This document shows positions 1 through 7,712 of a stretch of DNA of 9,091 nt, one piece after another. The notes beneath the pieces were generated by a model. It had not been told where the DNA came from. It saw only the letters and a list, made by a program, of their open reading frames with translations, and did not search any database. The stretch is from Octopus sinensis. Lineage: Eukaryota. The first letter of the stretch is position 1. Each line of letters begins with the position of its first letter. The DNA lies in NCBI RefSeq assembly GCF_006345805.1, contig NW_021827927.1:1-9091 (forward strand). Reading direction: 5' to 3'. Position numbers and translations under genes: made by a program.

Positions 1-520
1 AGGATATAGTAATTTACGGGTAAAATAAAGAAAAACAAAGCACAGATTACGCACACAAGCTCAAGCTCACACCAGTTGTCGACCAAATATCATCACAATT
101 TCGACATACAGCTATTTATAAGAATGTTACATATATTTTTCCTTATTACCTTTATGTCTTTTTTACGATCTTACAAATTTATTTCCCTTTATTCAATCCA
201 TTTTTTTCCCCTTTCAGTTTCACTCATGCAAAACCACTTCAGCTCGCAACGAGAATTACAATATTTTCTTTGTGTTCCTGAGGAAGAATGTGAAACAGAA
301 ACGCCAGATTCCTCACTTCCCACAAATACTGAACTTATTTGAACTCTTCTCGGAAATTATTCTCTTGGAATAATTTTGTCTGACACCGACCATCTCCAAA
401 CTACTCTAAGATTCTACCCTACATTAATTTCACATAATCATATTTTACTCTCATCCAATCATTTTCACTTAGATATAACGCTAAGTGATATGATAAATCT
501 ATATATGAATGCAACAAACT

Positions 521-715
521 CAGTCGGTCGCCATCTTTATTGCTAAGCCAAACGCATTTTCTTTTCACCAATCCGTTTTCGGTTCCCTGCTCTTCAGGAA
601 ATCGAAACTTACTTAGTCAAAGAAACGTCGGAATCGATAGAATATAATCAGTCGAATGTGAATTCGTTATTTTGAAACAGTAGCGCGAAAACGAAGAGAA
701 AATGAAAATGGCGAT
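521..715 (-). promoter_or_regulatory. Possible promoter / non-coding first exon of a minus-strand gene lying left of the window
   Basis: 15 CpGs in 521-715 versus 3 in 341-520 (hand count). YY1-like motifs AAGATGGCG (minus, 529-537) and AAAATGGCG (plus, 705-713), CCAAT at 568-572, and E2F consensus TTTCGCGC (minus, 683-690). On the minus strand there is an Inr-like TCATTT (700-705) and a donor AA|GTAAGT (intron starting at 612). Confidence 0.35.
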
Positions 716-852
716 TGTGTGCTCCTATACACATACAGAGGATACACAGACACACATCTACAGACATAAATTCAGTGACACACGCACATATACATACACA
801 CACATGCATCTATACCCAACATCCATATGCTCCAATACATTTTATCATTAAT

Positions 853-971
<119 letters not shown>

Positions 972-1109
972 ATATATAGATAGATACGTACATGCATACA
1001 TATGTACATTGTACATACTAACATAAACATATAAGACAGACGTACACATACATAAACACAAACACATACATAAACATAATACACCACATACATATAAAAC
1101 ATGCATACC

Positions 1110-1112
<3 letters not shown>

Positions 1113-1149
<37 letters not shown>

Positions 1150-1212
1150 CATACATACATACATACATACATACATACATACATACATACATACATACAT
1201 ACATACATACAT
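1113..1212. repeat. Compound microsatellite (AT)n-(ACAT)n
   Basis: (AT)n at 1113-1144 runs directly into a perfect (ACAT)n tract ending at 1212. Confidence 0.97.
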
Positions 1213-1314
1213 TAGATTGATGATTATATATATATGTATATAATTATATTAAGGGAATAAGGGCGGAAAACGACCTAACTCCAACATGCTTGAAAATGCC
1301 AAGGCATTCAGATA

Positions 1315-1338
1315 CTAGCTGAGTGCCTCGGCATTACC
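1315..1338 (-). mobile_element. Possible Helitron-like 3' terminus (orphan)
   Basis: The minus strand reads ...AATGCCGAGGCACTCAGCTAG|T: a short TGCC-GA-GGCA hairpin 9 nt before CTAG followed by T, the same layout as the terminus at 1665. No matching 5' end was found. Confidence 0.3.
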
Positions 1339-1550
1339 TATAAATTTTCCATTGCATGCTGACTACATTAACGCGATTTTATCCTTATATTCTATTATGA
1401 CTTAATATATATATATACTGTATATATATACTTACAGAGATGTGTACATGTTTAATTGTCTAATTCGGAAACAATTATTAATGTACAGATCTGACAGAGA
1501 ACATGGATCAAACAGGCGAAGACTTAGTTGAGCACTGAAAACAATAAAAG

Positions 1551-1564
1551 ACCCGAGCAACGCC
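1551..1564 (+). mobile_element. Fragment of a Helitron 3' hairpin in the opposite orientation
   Basis: ACCCGAGCAACGCC is the exact 14-bp reverse complement of 1680-1693, which overlaps the hairpin of the element at 1665-2185. The CTAG end is missing. Confidence 0.5.
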
Positions 1565-1664
1565 AATACCAAATAATGAATCCGTAAACAATGAAATTAC
1601 CATTCGAAGAATTCTCAAGAACTCATTTACTGATTTTATCTCACTTTGACTCGTTTATAATAAA

Positions 1665-2185
1665 CTAGCAGTATCGCCCGGCGTTGCTCGGGTTTGTAAG
1701 GGAAATAACTATATAAGCATTTTTAGTGAGTTATAGCAAAAGAGTAGCAATAAAATGCATTAAAAATAGAATAAAAAATGATGGTAATTTTGGTGTCTTC
1801 AAGCCATGAAGTCGTTATTCTAAAAGAACGCTGGTCTCCTTGACAACGCTTTACGACGTTGATTTCCTTACACTCCCTTCCCCACAGCTTCACGAGGGAG
1901 GGAAGAAGGGGGAGAAGCAACACAGGTGCAGGTGTGAGCATGGACGCCAACTCCGCCGCCATCGACACACGAAAAAATTGGAAGAAATGGAAAAAAATGA
2001 TGTTAAATTATTTTTAAAATCGTAGACTCATCGTAGACGCGCGCTAATACCCAGACGGGCTCGATATGAATCACGACTATAAGATACCCGAATTTGGTTA
2101 AACTGCACCGCAAAATGTGGGAGTAGTTAGGAATCTAAATCGTAGGAGACAGACACTCACACAACTTCACTTTTATATATATAGA
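1665..2185 (-). mobile_element. Non-autonomous Helitron, complete 521-bp copy
   Basis: The minus strand begins TCTATATATATAAAAG and ends ACCCGAGCAACGCCGGGCGATACTGCTAG|T. That gives a 5'-TC, a GC-rich imperfect hairpin CCCGAGCAACGCCGGG (1677-1692) 12 nt from a 3'-CTAG, and a T target base at 1664. There is no TSD and no RepHel coding sequence. This is the canonical Helitron terminal signature. Confidence 0.85.
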
Positions 2186-2238
2186 CTAGCAGTATCGCCC
2201 GGCAGACACTCACACAACTACAGTTTTATATATATAGA
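2186..2238 (-). mobile_element. 53-bp internally deleted Helitron mini-copy fused to the 5' end of the 521-bp copy
   Basis: 2186-2203 is identical to 1665-1682 (3' end). 2204-2238 matches 2151-2185 (5' end) with 2 substitutions. It is preceded by A on the minus strand (plus T2239). The junction reads CTAG|TC with no spacer. Confidence 0.8.
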
Positions 2239-2248
2239 TATGTTTAAA

Positions 2249-2479
2249 CTAGAATTACGTCGTTGCTACACTCCATTATTGACAATGTTCAAAGAAATTT
2301 CGCTTTATTTCGTAGATTATGAAAGTATATTTACGTGACCGAATGAAATACTGCGTGTTCTTCCACTCATCACCAAGTAGTGATTTCCTAAGTGATCCAC
2401 ACCTCACATAGTTCCTAATACCGATTATCTCTCTAAACCAATGAAACAGAGGTAACTAATATTTCACTCTATATATACA
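2249..2479 (-). mobile_element. Degenerate older Helitron-like copy
   Basis: The left end reads (minus) GTAGCAACGACGTAATTCTAG|T and shares AGCAACG and CTAG|T with the 1665 terminus. The right end TTTCACTCTATATATACA (2462-2479) resembles CTTCACTTTTATATATATAGA at the other copies' 5' ends. The interior is not obviously alignable by eye. Confidence 0.4.
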
Positions 2480-2532
2480 TGCCCTCTCGCCCCCTTCTCT
2501 CTCCCTCTCTCTCTATATATATATATGTATAT

Positions 2533-2842
2533 CACCGTGATCATCGTGACCGACCAGGCAATCAGATGTTGTTACACATCGCTGGTCACAATGCGCTACG
2601 CATTGCTTTAGCCTTCAAATGACGCCACCCCACTGGCTAAGCGAGCAAGCCAACAGAAGAAAGAGTGAGAGAAAGTTGTGGCGAAAGAGTACAGCAGGGA
2701 TCGCCACCACCTCCTGCCGGGCCTCGTGGAGAATTAGGTGTTTTCGCTCAATAAACACTCACAACGCCCGGTCTGGGAATCGTAACCGCGATCCTACGAC
2801 CGCGAATCCGCTGCCCTAACCACTGGGCCATTGCGCCTCCAC
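2533..2842 (-). mobile_element. Full-length tRNA-derived SINE (resembles octopus OR-type SINEs as I recall them)
   Basis: On the minus strand: A box TGGCCCAGTGG (2820-2830), B-box-like GGTTACGATTCCC (2775-2787), and a 3' tail of 9-nt repeats (CACGATGAT/CACGGTGAT). It is flanked by the 12-bp direct repeat ATATATGTATAT at 2521-2532 and 2843-2854 (low-complexity context). Confidence 0.85.
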
Positions 2843-2872
2843 ATATATGTATATATACATACGTATATATGA

Positions 2873-3230
2873 TTAAAATTGTCGTATTCAACATCACCTA
2901 ATTTGGGCTCCATCATTGCTGCTAATAATAGGTTTAAACTTAAAAAGAATACGCGAGAAAGGGAATCTGTGGAACGTAATCATAAGAGTAGTAATCTGAA
3001 TTCTATAAAAAAAAAACTTGTAATGGCCGATCCCCAGAATTTTGCCCGTTAAAAGGGTCCTGTTTGAAAAAAAAATCGTTGTTTACAGGTGTGAAGTAAG
3101 TGCTTCAAAAGAACCCAAGAAAATCTACATAGGGAGTACAATAGACTTTAAAACTAGATATAGGTGGCATAAAAATTCATTTACAAACCCGAGCACGAAA
3201 AATTCGACAACACTAGCCAAACACAGATAA
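2873..3230 (+). pseudogene. Penelope-like element fragment: linker plus N-terminal half of a GIY-YIG endonuclease, frameshifted and truncated
   Basis: Three consecutive frames give LKLSYSTSPNLGSIIAANNRFKL (from 2873), TCNGRSPEFCPLKGSCLKK (3016-3072) and VVYRCEV...KIYIGSTIDFKTRYRWHKNSF...STTLAKH (3078-3224). These match the PLE pattern SYSxxPN, CxC...CPLxGxC, VVY...YIG, FKxRYxxH. The frameshifts fall in A10 (3007-3016) and A9 (3067-3075), and there is a stop at 3228. Confidence 0.85.
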
Positions 3231-3253
3231 TTTAAAAGTCCATTCTCAGAATA

Positions 3254-3459
3254 GGAAAATAGAAATCTTTTGGTATTATTTATTCTCCATTACACTTAAT
3301 CAATATGTTATTTCTTGTATTGTAATTGTTCTTTATCTGAAGAGTTTCTTATAGAAAATTCTTTATATGTCTATCTAACATGTAAAACTTTGTGGTTCTT
3401 ATTAGTAAATGGAAAACATGTTATGGAGAATAAATAATACCAAAAGATTTCTATTCTCC
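3254..3459. mobile_element. MITE-like element with ~37-bp terminal inverted repeats, flanked by TA
   Basis: 3252-3290 and 3423-3461 are reverse complements with 1 mismatch in 39 bp. The outer TA dinucleotides (3252-3253, 3460-3461) can be read as a TA TSD. The interior is AT-rich and non-coding. Confidence 0.55.
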
Positions 3460-3648
3460 TACTTTATTATGAATTAACTTTGTAAATAGCTTTTCGATAA
3501 ATTTCCATTTTAACATGTATTTTGACTCAAATCAGCACCAAATATGGATGCATACTGATTGTAATATTGAAGTAAGCAGATGTACTTCAAGATGCAACAG
3601 TTAAGATTTACCCTTAACTAACTTACATACATACATGCATGCATACAT

Positions 3649-3731
3649 GACACTCGCTGAATGTGCTACGGTGTAGGACTGAACCCGAAACCATGTGGTC
3701 GGGATACAAACTTCTTATCATACAGCCACGC
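3649..3731 (-). mobile_element. Diverged 5' (tRNA-related) part of a SINE, same family as 5417-5755
   Basis: The minus strand GCGTGGCTGTATGATAAGAAG...GGGTTCAGTCC...GCGAGTGTC aligns with 5419-5479. A-box-like at 3718-3728, B-box-like at 3676-3686. Confidence 0.7.
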
Positions 3732-3746
3732 TTTCACCTAGGCTTT

Positions 3747-3763
3747 CACTCTCCCTCTCTCTT

Positions 3764-3795
<32 letters not shown>

Positions 3796-3891
3796 TCTTT
3801 CTTCCCCCTCTCTCTCCCTCTCTCTTTCTCACTCTCTCTTTCTCTCTCTCTCTTTTTCCCCTCTCTCTCTCGCACACACACACACACACAC
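3747..3891. repeat. Imperfect (CT)n tract followed by (CA)n
   Basis: Pyrimidine-only CT/CTTT tract at ~3747-3871, then (CA)n to 3891. Confidence 0.95.
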
Positions 3892-4349
3892 AAAGCCGAG
3901 CAGCTGATGATTTATTCACTTACACACGTATCATACGACAAGGTTCCTTTTTTTTTCTTTTTCTTTTTCCCCTTGTTTCTCTTTTTCTCTATGTTGTGGC
4001 TACGAAAACCAACCAATAAAAAAGTTCGTGCAAGTCGATGGTGATGAATATAACTGCACCGTTGAATAAGTCATATAATGATTGTTTAAACGACCAAAGG
4101 TGATTTAGCTGTCTCGATATGCTGCTCTGATAACGTATTGCCTGTCCATAAATCGATAGAAACTAAATACATTTATAATGGAAAACCTTAAGTACAAATA
4201 TGTTTATTTAAATAACGTTCCAGCATTAGCGTCTCTTCGATAACTTTGAACAAATGCATATAAATAACTAGGTGAGATGTTTATTGTGTGTGGGGAGGAG
4301 CGTGTGTGTGCGCGCGTATGTATGTGTGTGTGTTGTGTTCGCTACTGTT

Positions 4350-5375
4350 CTTAATTGAATTCATCCTCAGAGGAAAGATTTGGTTTCTAACAAAGATACA
4401 AAGCTCCGTCGTTGGAATGTAAATAGCAAAAACAAAGTCACATTTTAAACTAGATAAAATTCTTGCATATTTTTACTCTCCCACTTCTAGGTTGTATTTG
4501 CAATGGCCAATATATATTTCTTTACTACCCACAAGGGGCTAAACACAGATGGGACAAACAAGGACAGACAAAGGGATTAAGTCGTTTACATCGACCCCAG
4601 TGCGTAACTGGTACTTAATTTATCGACCCCGAAAGGATGAAAGGCAAAGTCGACCTCGGCGGAATTTGAACTCGGAACGTAACTGGCCAATATAGCCGGC
4701 TGGTTTCTGCTTCTGAAAACCCCAGCTTATCCAGATTGTCAGTTAAGCATTTACTTGCAAAACCAAGTGCACCAGTTATTATTGACATAAATGGGAATTC
4801 ATAATCTGGATATAGGAGCCGGAATTTTCGGAGCAGTTGTCCGTAGTTAACCTCTTAGATTTTCAAAGAGATATTCATATCAGTAGGGCAGCTGACCTCT
4901 GTGATGGTACATACTTTTTCTTGCCCGTCCCAAATAACAATATCCGGCCTGTTATGATTACACTTGACAGATGCGGGAGTTCTCCACAAATAATCTTTAC
5001 GTTGATGTTTGTGTATGTATTAAATAACAGGGTAATTCTCTATACTTATTTCAGGATAGTCATTTTGTCAAATGGCATGGTACAGTGTTTTAGCGATAAC
5101 AACATGTCGCATAGAAAGGGTGGTACCTTGACATTTTTGGGCAGCTGCCAATGACATGTGTGATGTCTTCCACACATATATATGACATAACCTACATTTT
5201 TTGGTTGCATCTTGGAGTACCAAGGGCATCATTGTCTCTTATTTATTAGGCATCTTGTAGCAATATCCTGTTCTTGGTTTGCAAATGCATAGTCTTCAAG
5301 ATGTAATGTGATGTAGCGTTCTCGAGCTCAAGAGAGGATGCCCATCACGTCGATAGTACTGTCCGTGAAAATAGA
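4350..5375 (-). mobile_element. 3' portion of an RLE-type (R4/Dong-like) non-LTR retrotransposon, decayed and interrupted by a SINE at 4515-4683
   Basis: Minus-strand translation across frameshifts and stops gives AFANQEQDIAT (5256-5288), a CCHC knuckle CRLC (5185-5196)...EDITHVIGSCPK (5135-5170), RH (5104-5109), HNRPDIVIWD (4927-4956), EVSCP (4885-4899), then YGQLL and TGALG. After the SINE it continues LQIQPRSGRVKICKNFI*FKM* (final stop 4438-4440), followed by ~90 nt of putative 3' UTR. Clade assignment is from motif recall, and the outer boundaries are approximate. Confidence 0.85.
4515..4683 (-). mobile_element. 5'-truncated tRNA-derived SINE with an 11-bp TSD
   Basis: B box GAGTTCAAATTCC (minus, 4661-4673) is present and the A box is absent. 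The body GAGGTCGACTTTGCCTTTCATCCTTTCGGGGTCGATAAA matches an abundant octopus SINE as I recall it. TSD TGGCCAATATA at 4504-4514 and 4684-4694. Confidence 0.85.
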
Positions 5376-5416
5376 TGTATGAACGCATGATTGTATATAT
5401 ATATGTATATATTTAC

Positions 5417-5755
5417 AGGAGTGGCTGTGTGGTAAGAAGCTTGCTTACTAACCACTGCGTGGCACCTTGAGCAAGTGTCTTCTACTATAACCTCGAGTGG
5501 ATTTGGCAGCCGGAAACTGAAAGAAGCCCGTCATATATATATGTGTGTGTGCCTGTCTGTCTGTCTGTTTGTCTGTGTTTGCCCACCACCCCGACATCGC
5601 TTGACAACCGATGCTGGTGTGTTTACGTCCCCGTAATTTAGCGATTCGGCAAAGGAAACCGATAGAATAAAGTTCTAGGCTTACAAAGAATAAGTCCTGG
5701 GGTCAATGTGCTCCAGCATGGCCGCAGTCAAATGACTGAATCAAGTAAAGGAATA
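5417..5755 (+). mobile_element. tRNA-derived SINE with internal microsatellite; B box deleted
   Basis: A-box-like TGGCTGTGTGG (5422-5432) and homology to 3649-3731. Internal (TA)/(TG)/(CTGT) run at ~5533-5580. The 3' end CTCCAGCATGGCCGCAGTCAAATGACTGAATCAAGTAAAGGAATA is typical of an abundant octopus SINE as I recall it. Confidence 0.85.
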
Positions 5756-5797
5756 TACACGTGTGTGTGTTCGTGCGTGCGCGCGCGTGTGTGTGTG
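5756..5797. repeat. (GT)n/(GC)n alternating purine-pyrimidine tract
   Basis: GTGTGTGTGT then CGTGCGTGCGCGCGCGTGTGTGTGTG (5772-5797). A similar tract lies at ~4300-4332. Confidence 0.85.
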
Positions 5798-5934
5798 AGG
5801 AAGAGTGCATAAACTTCAATTAGGCAGGTAACACATCCGTGCACTTAGCTAGAATTTAGGCGCGAACTGAACCTGAGCACTTCATTATATGTACATATCA
5901 TTTGATGTCACTTGACATAACCAACAACTTTATG

Positions 5935-6020
5935 CACACACACACACACACATACACACACACACATACCACACACACACACACCACACACACACACACA
6001 CGTGTGTGTGTGTATGTGTG
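5935..6020. repeat. (CA)n tract joined to (TG)n tract
   Basis: Imperfect (CA)n at 5935-6001, directly followed by (GT)n at 6002-6020. Confidence 0.95.
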
Positions 6021-6488
6021 TTTTGCTAAGTTTATCTTCGTCATTTCTCCGTCCTTCCCACTCTTCTTCATTTTCTGAAGAAAGACATTATCCGAAAAGC
6101 TATAATAATTAACTCTTTCCATTTCTCTAGCGAGGCATTCATACTTTTGATTGCAGACTCATACCATCTGGGGTTTTTTAGGTCATTTTTGCTTTTTTTG
6201 TTTTTCTACATGTATTGATGTGTGTGTGTAACTCTCTACGAATGTGTGTACTTGAAAACGTGTGTTTGCTTAATTGTATGAGTGTATGTCTGTGTGGGAC
6301 TTTTGAATGCATGTATGTATGTATATATGCATGCATGTATGTAAATGTATATCTACTCCCACACGGAGTCAACGAACGTATAACAGAACGTCGAGAGGCT
6401 GGAGAGTGATTCATCGAGTTTATGGAAATAAACTATCTTACATGCACTTAGTACATCTTTTTTTCCTTTTACTTCATTAGTAAATCTA

Positions 6489-6580
6489 AACACACACACG
6501 CACACGCACACACACAAACGTACACACGCACACGCGCACACACGCACACTTACACACTTACACACATGCACACACACATT
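6489..6580. repeat. Imperfect (CA)n/(CACG) microsatellite
   Basis: Direct reading of the sequence. Confidence 0.9.
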
Positions 6581-6620
6581 ACACCAGAGACAAATACAGA
6601 TTATAAATCAACACAAATTC

Positions 6621-6692
<72 letters not shown>

Positions 6693-6696
6693 GGAA

Positions 6697-6742
<46 letters not shown>

Positions 6743-6772
6743 GGAGATTGTATATACACATATATATTGTAT

Positions 6773-6815
<43 letters not shown>

Positions 6816-6845
6816 CAGACAGACAGACAGGCAGAGAGATAGATA
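6621..6845. repeat. Compound microsatellite (AT)n-(AG)n-(ACAG)n, then (AGAT)n-(AG)n-(ACAG)n
   Basis: (AT)10 at 6621-6640, (AG)n at 6641-6668, (ACAG)n to ~6691, imperfect AG to ~6746. A second AGAT/AG/ACAG series spans ~6772-6845. Confidence 0.95.
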
Positions 6846-6912
6846 CGTGTACATAAATATATGCATTTATATGTATACACACATATCAATCAGTTTCATT
6901 ATCACTCCATAT

Positions 6913-7100
6913 ATCTATCTGTCTATCTTTCTATCTCCCTATTTGTCTGTCTGTCTATCTATCTATCTAATTTTTGTGTCTCTCTATCCACACTCTTGTG
7001 CTCATGTATTGATGTATCTATGCCTCTGTGTGTGTGTGTGTGGGTGTGTGTGTGTGTCTGCGTGCGTTCGTGTGTGTATGCGCATCTATGTATGTGCGTT
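6913..7100. repeat. Degenerate (TATC)/(TGTC)n followed by (TG)n
   Basis: TATC/TGTC tract at ~6913-6990, (TG)n-rich at ~7027-7100. Confidence 0.9.
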
Positions 7101-7518
7101 TCTCTGTGCAGCCTGTTTTCGAATTGTTTGTTTTTGCAAGTCTAAGAAAACATGTTCCTCAGCTGAGATTTACCAAAACAAGCCATTAACATGGCAAGGG
7201 TGAAATTGGTTTTACTGATAAAATGTTGATTTTTTTTTCCACCCGTAATCCACCATCTTGATAGTGTGTAAGTGTGCGTACATGAGAGTGCATCTGTGTG
7301 TGTTTGTGAAAGAGAGAGGGTGAGAGGGAGAGAGAGACAGAGGCAAAAACAGACGGACAGAGAGAGAACATATATGTATATCTTATTTCTCTGGAATTTA
7401 TTTCAATTAATTTGTTGCCTTTGCAAATCTCAAGTCGGTCACTAACAAAGAGGTTAAGCTCGTTTGTTTAAATCATTTTGAAAACTTTTGAGGATTTTAG
7501 TTATGTGAACACATGCAT

Positions 7519-7605
7519 ATAAATACACACATACACACACACAACACACACACACACACACACACCCTCACACTCACACACACACATACACACACACACA
7601 CACAC

Positions 7606-7637
<32 letters not shown>

Positions 7638-7640
7638 ATA

Positions 7641-7711
<71 letters not shown>
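7519..7711. repeat. Compound microsatellite (CA)n-(AT)n
   Basis: Imperfect (CA)n at ~7519-7620, then imperfect (AT)n at 7621-7711. Confidence 0.97.

Positions 7712-7712
<1 letters not shown>

Noticed and set aside
76-342. 88-aa ORF with a good-looking acceptor (TTTTTTTCCCCTTTCAG, ending 217)
   Set aside because: Non-ATG start, F/I/L/S-rich composition typical of AT-rich non-coding DNA, and no recognisable domain. A terminal exon cannot be excluded but is unsupported.
1295-1334. Two similar palindromes AATGCCAAGGCATT and AGTGCCTCGGCATT, 28 bp apart
   Set aside because: Short, the spacing does not fit a factor site I can name, and the second is better explained as a Helitron-like hairpin.
1723-2338. 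ORFs 1723-1968, 1840-2025 and 2117-2338
   Set aside because: They lie in or across non-autonomous Helitron copies, with no Rep or helicase motifs and no sign of a captured gene.
2619-2842. ORF 2619-2819 and a possible tRNA gene at the SINE head
   Set aside because: The ORF is antisense to the SINE. The A/B boxes continue into SINE body and tail rather than a cloverleaf with acceptor stem and T-run terminator.
3904-3910. CTGATGA hammerhead core near the Penelope fragment
   Set aside because: No stem II or GAAA follows, so no hammerhead fold can be built.
3663-4019. ORFs with SL/LS repeats
   Set aside because: They are translations of the (CT)n tract plus SINE fragment.
4837-5154. 105-aa plus-strand ORF
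   Set aside because: It is the antisense shadow of the RLE coding region on the minus strand.
6442-6485. Possible 44-nt minus-strand micro-exon (AG...|GTAAG)
   Set aside because: No real polypyrimidine tract (upstream is (GT)n), no partner exons and no homology.
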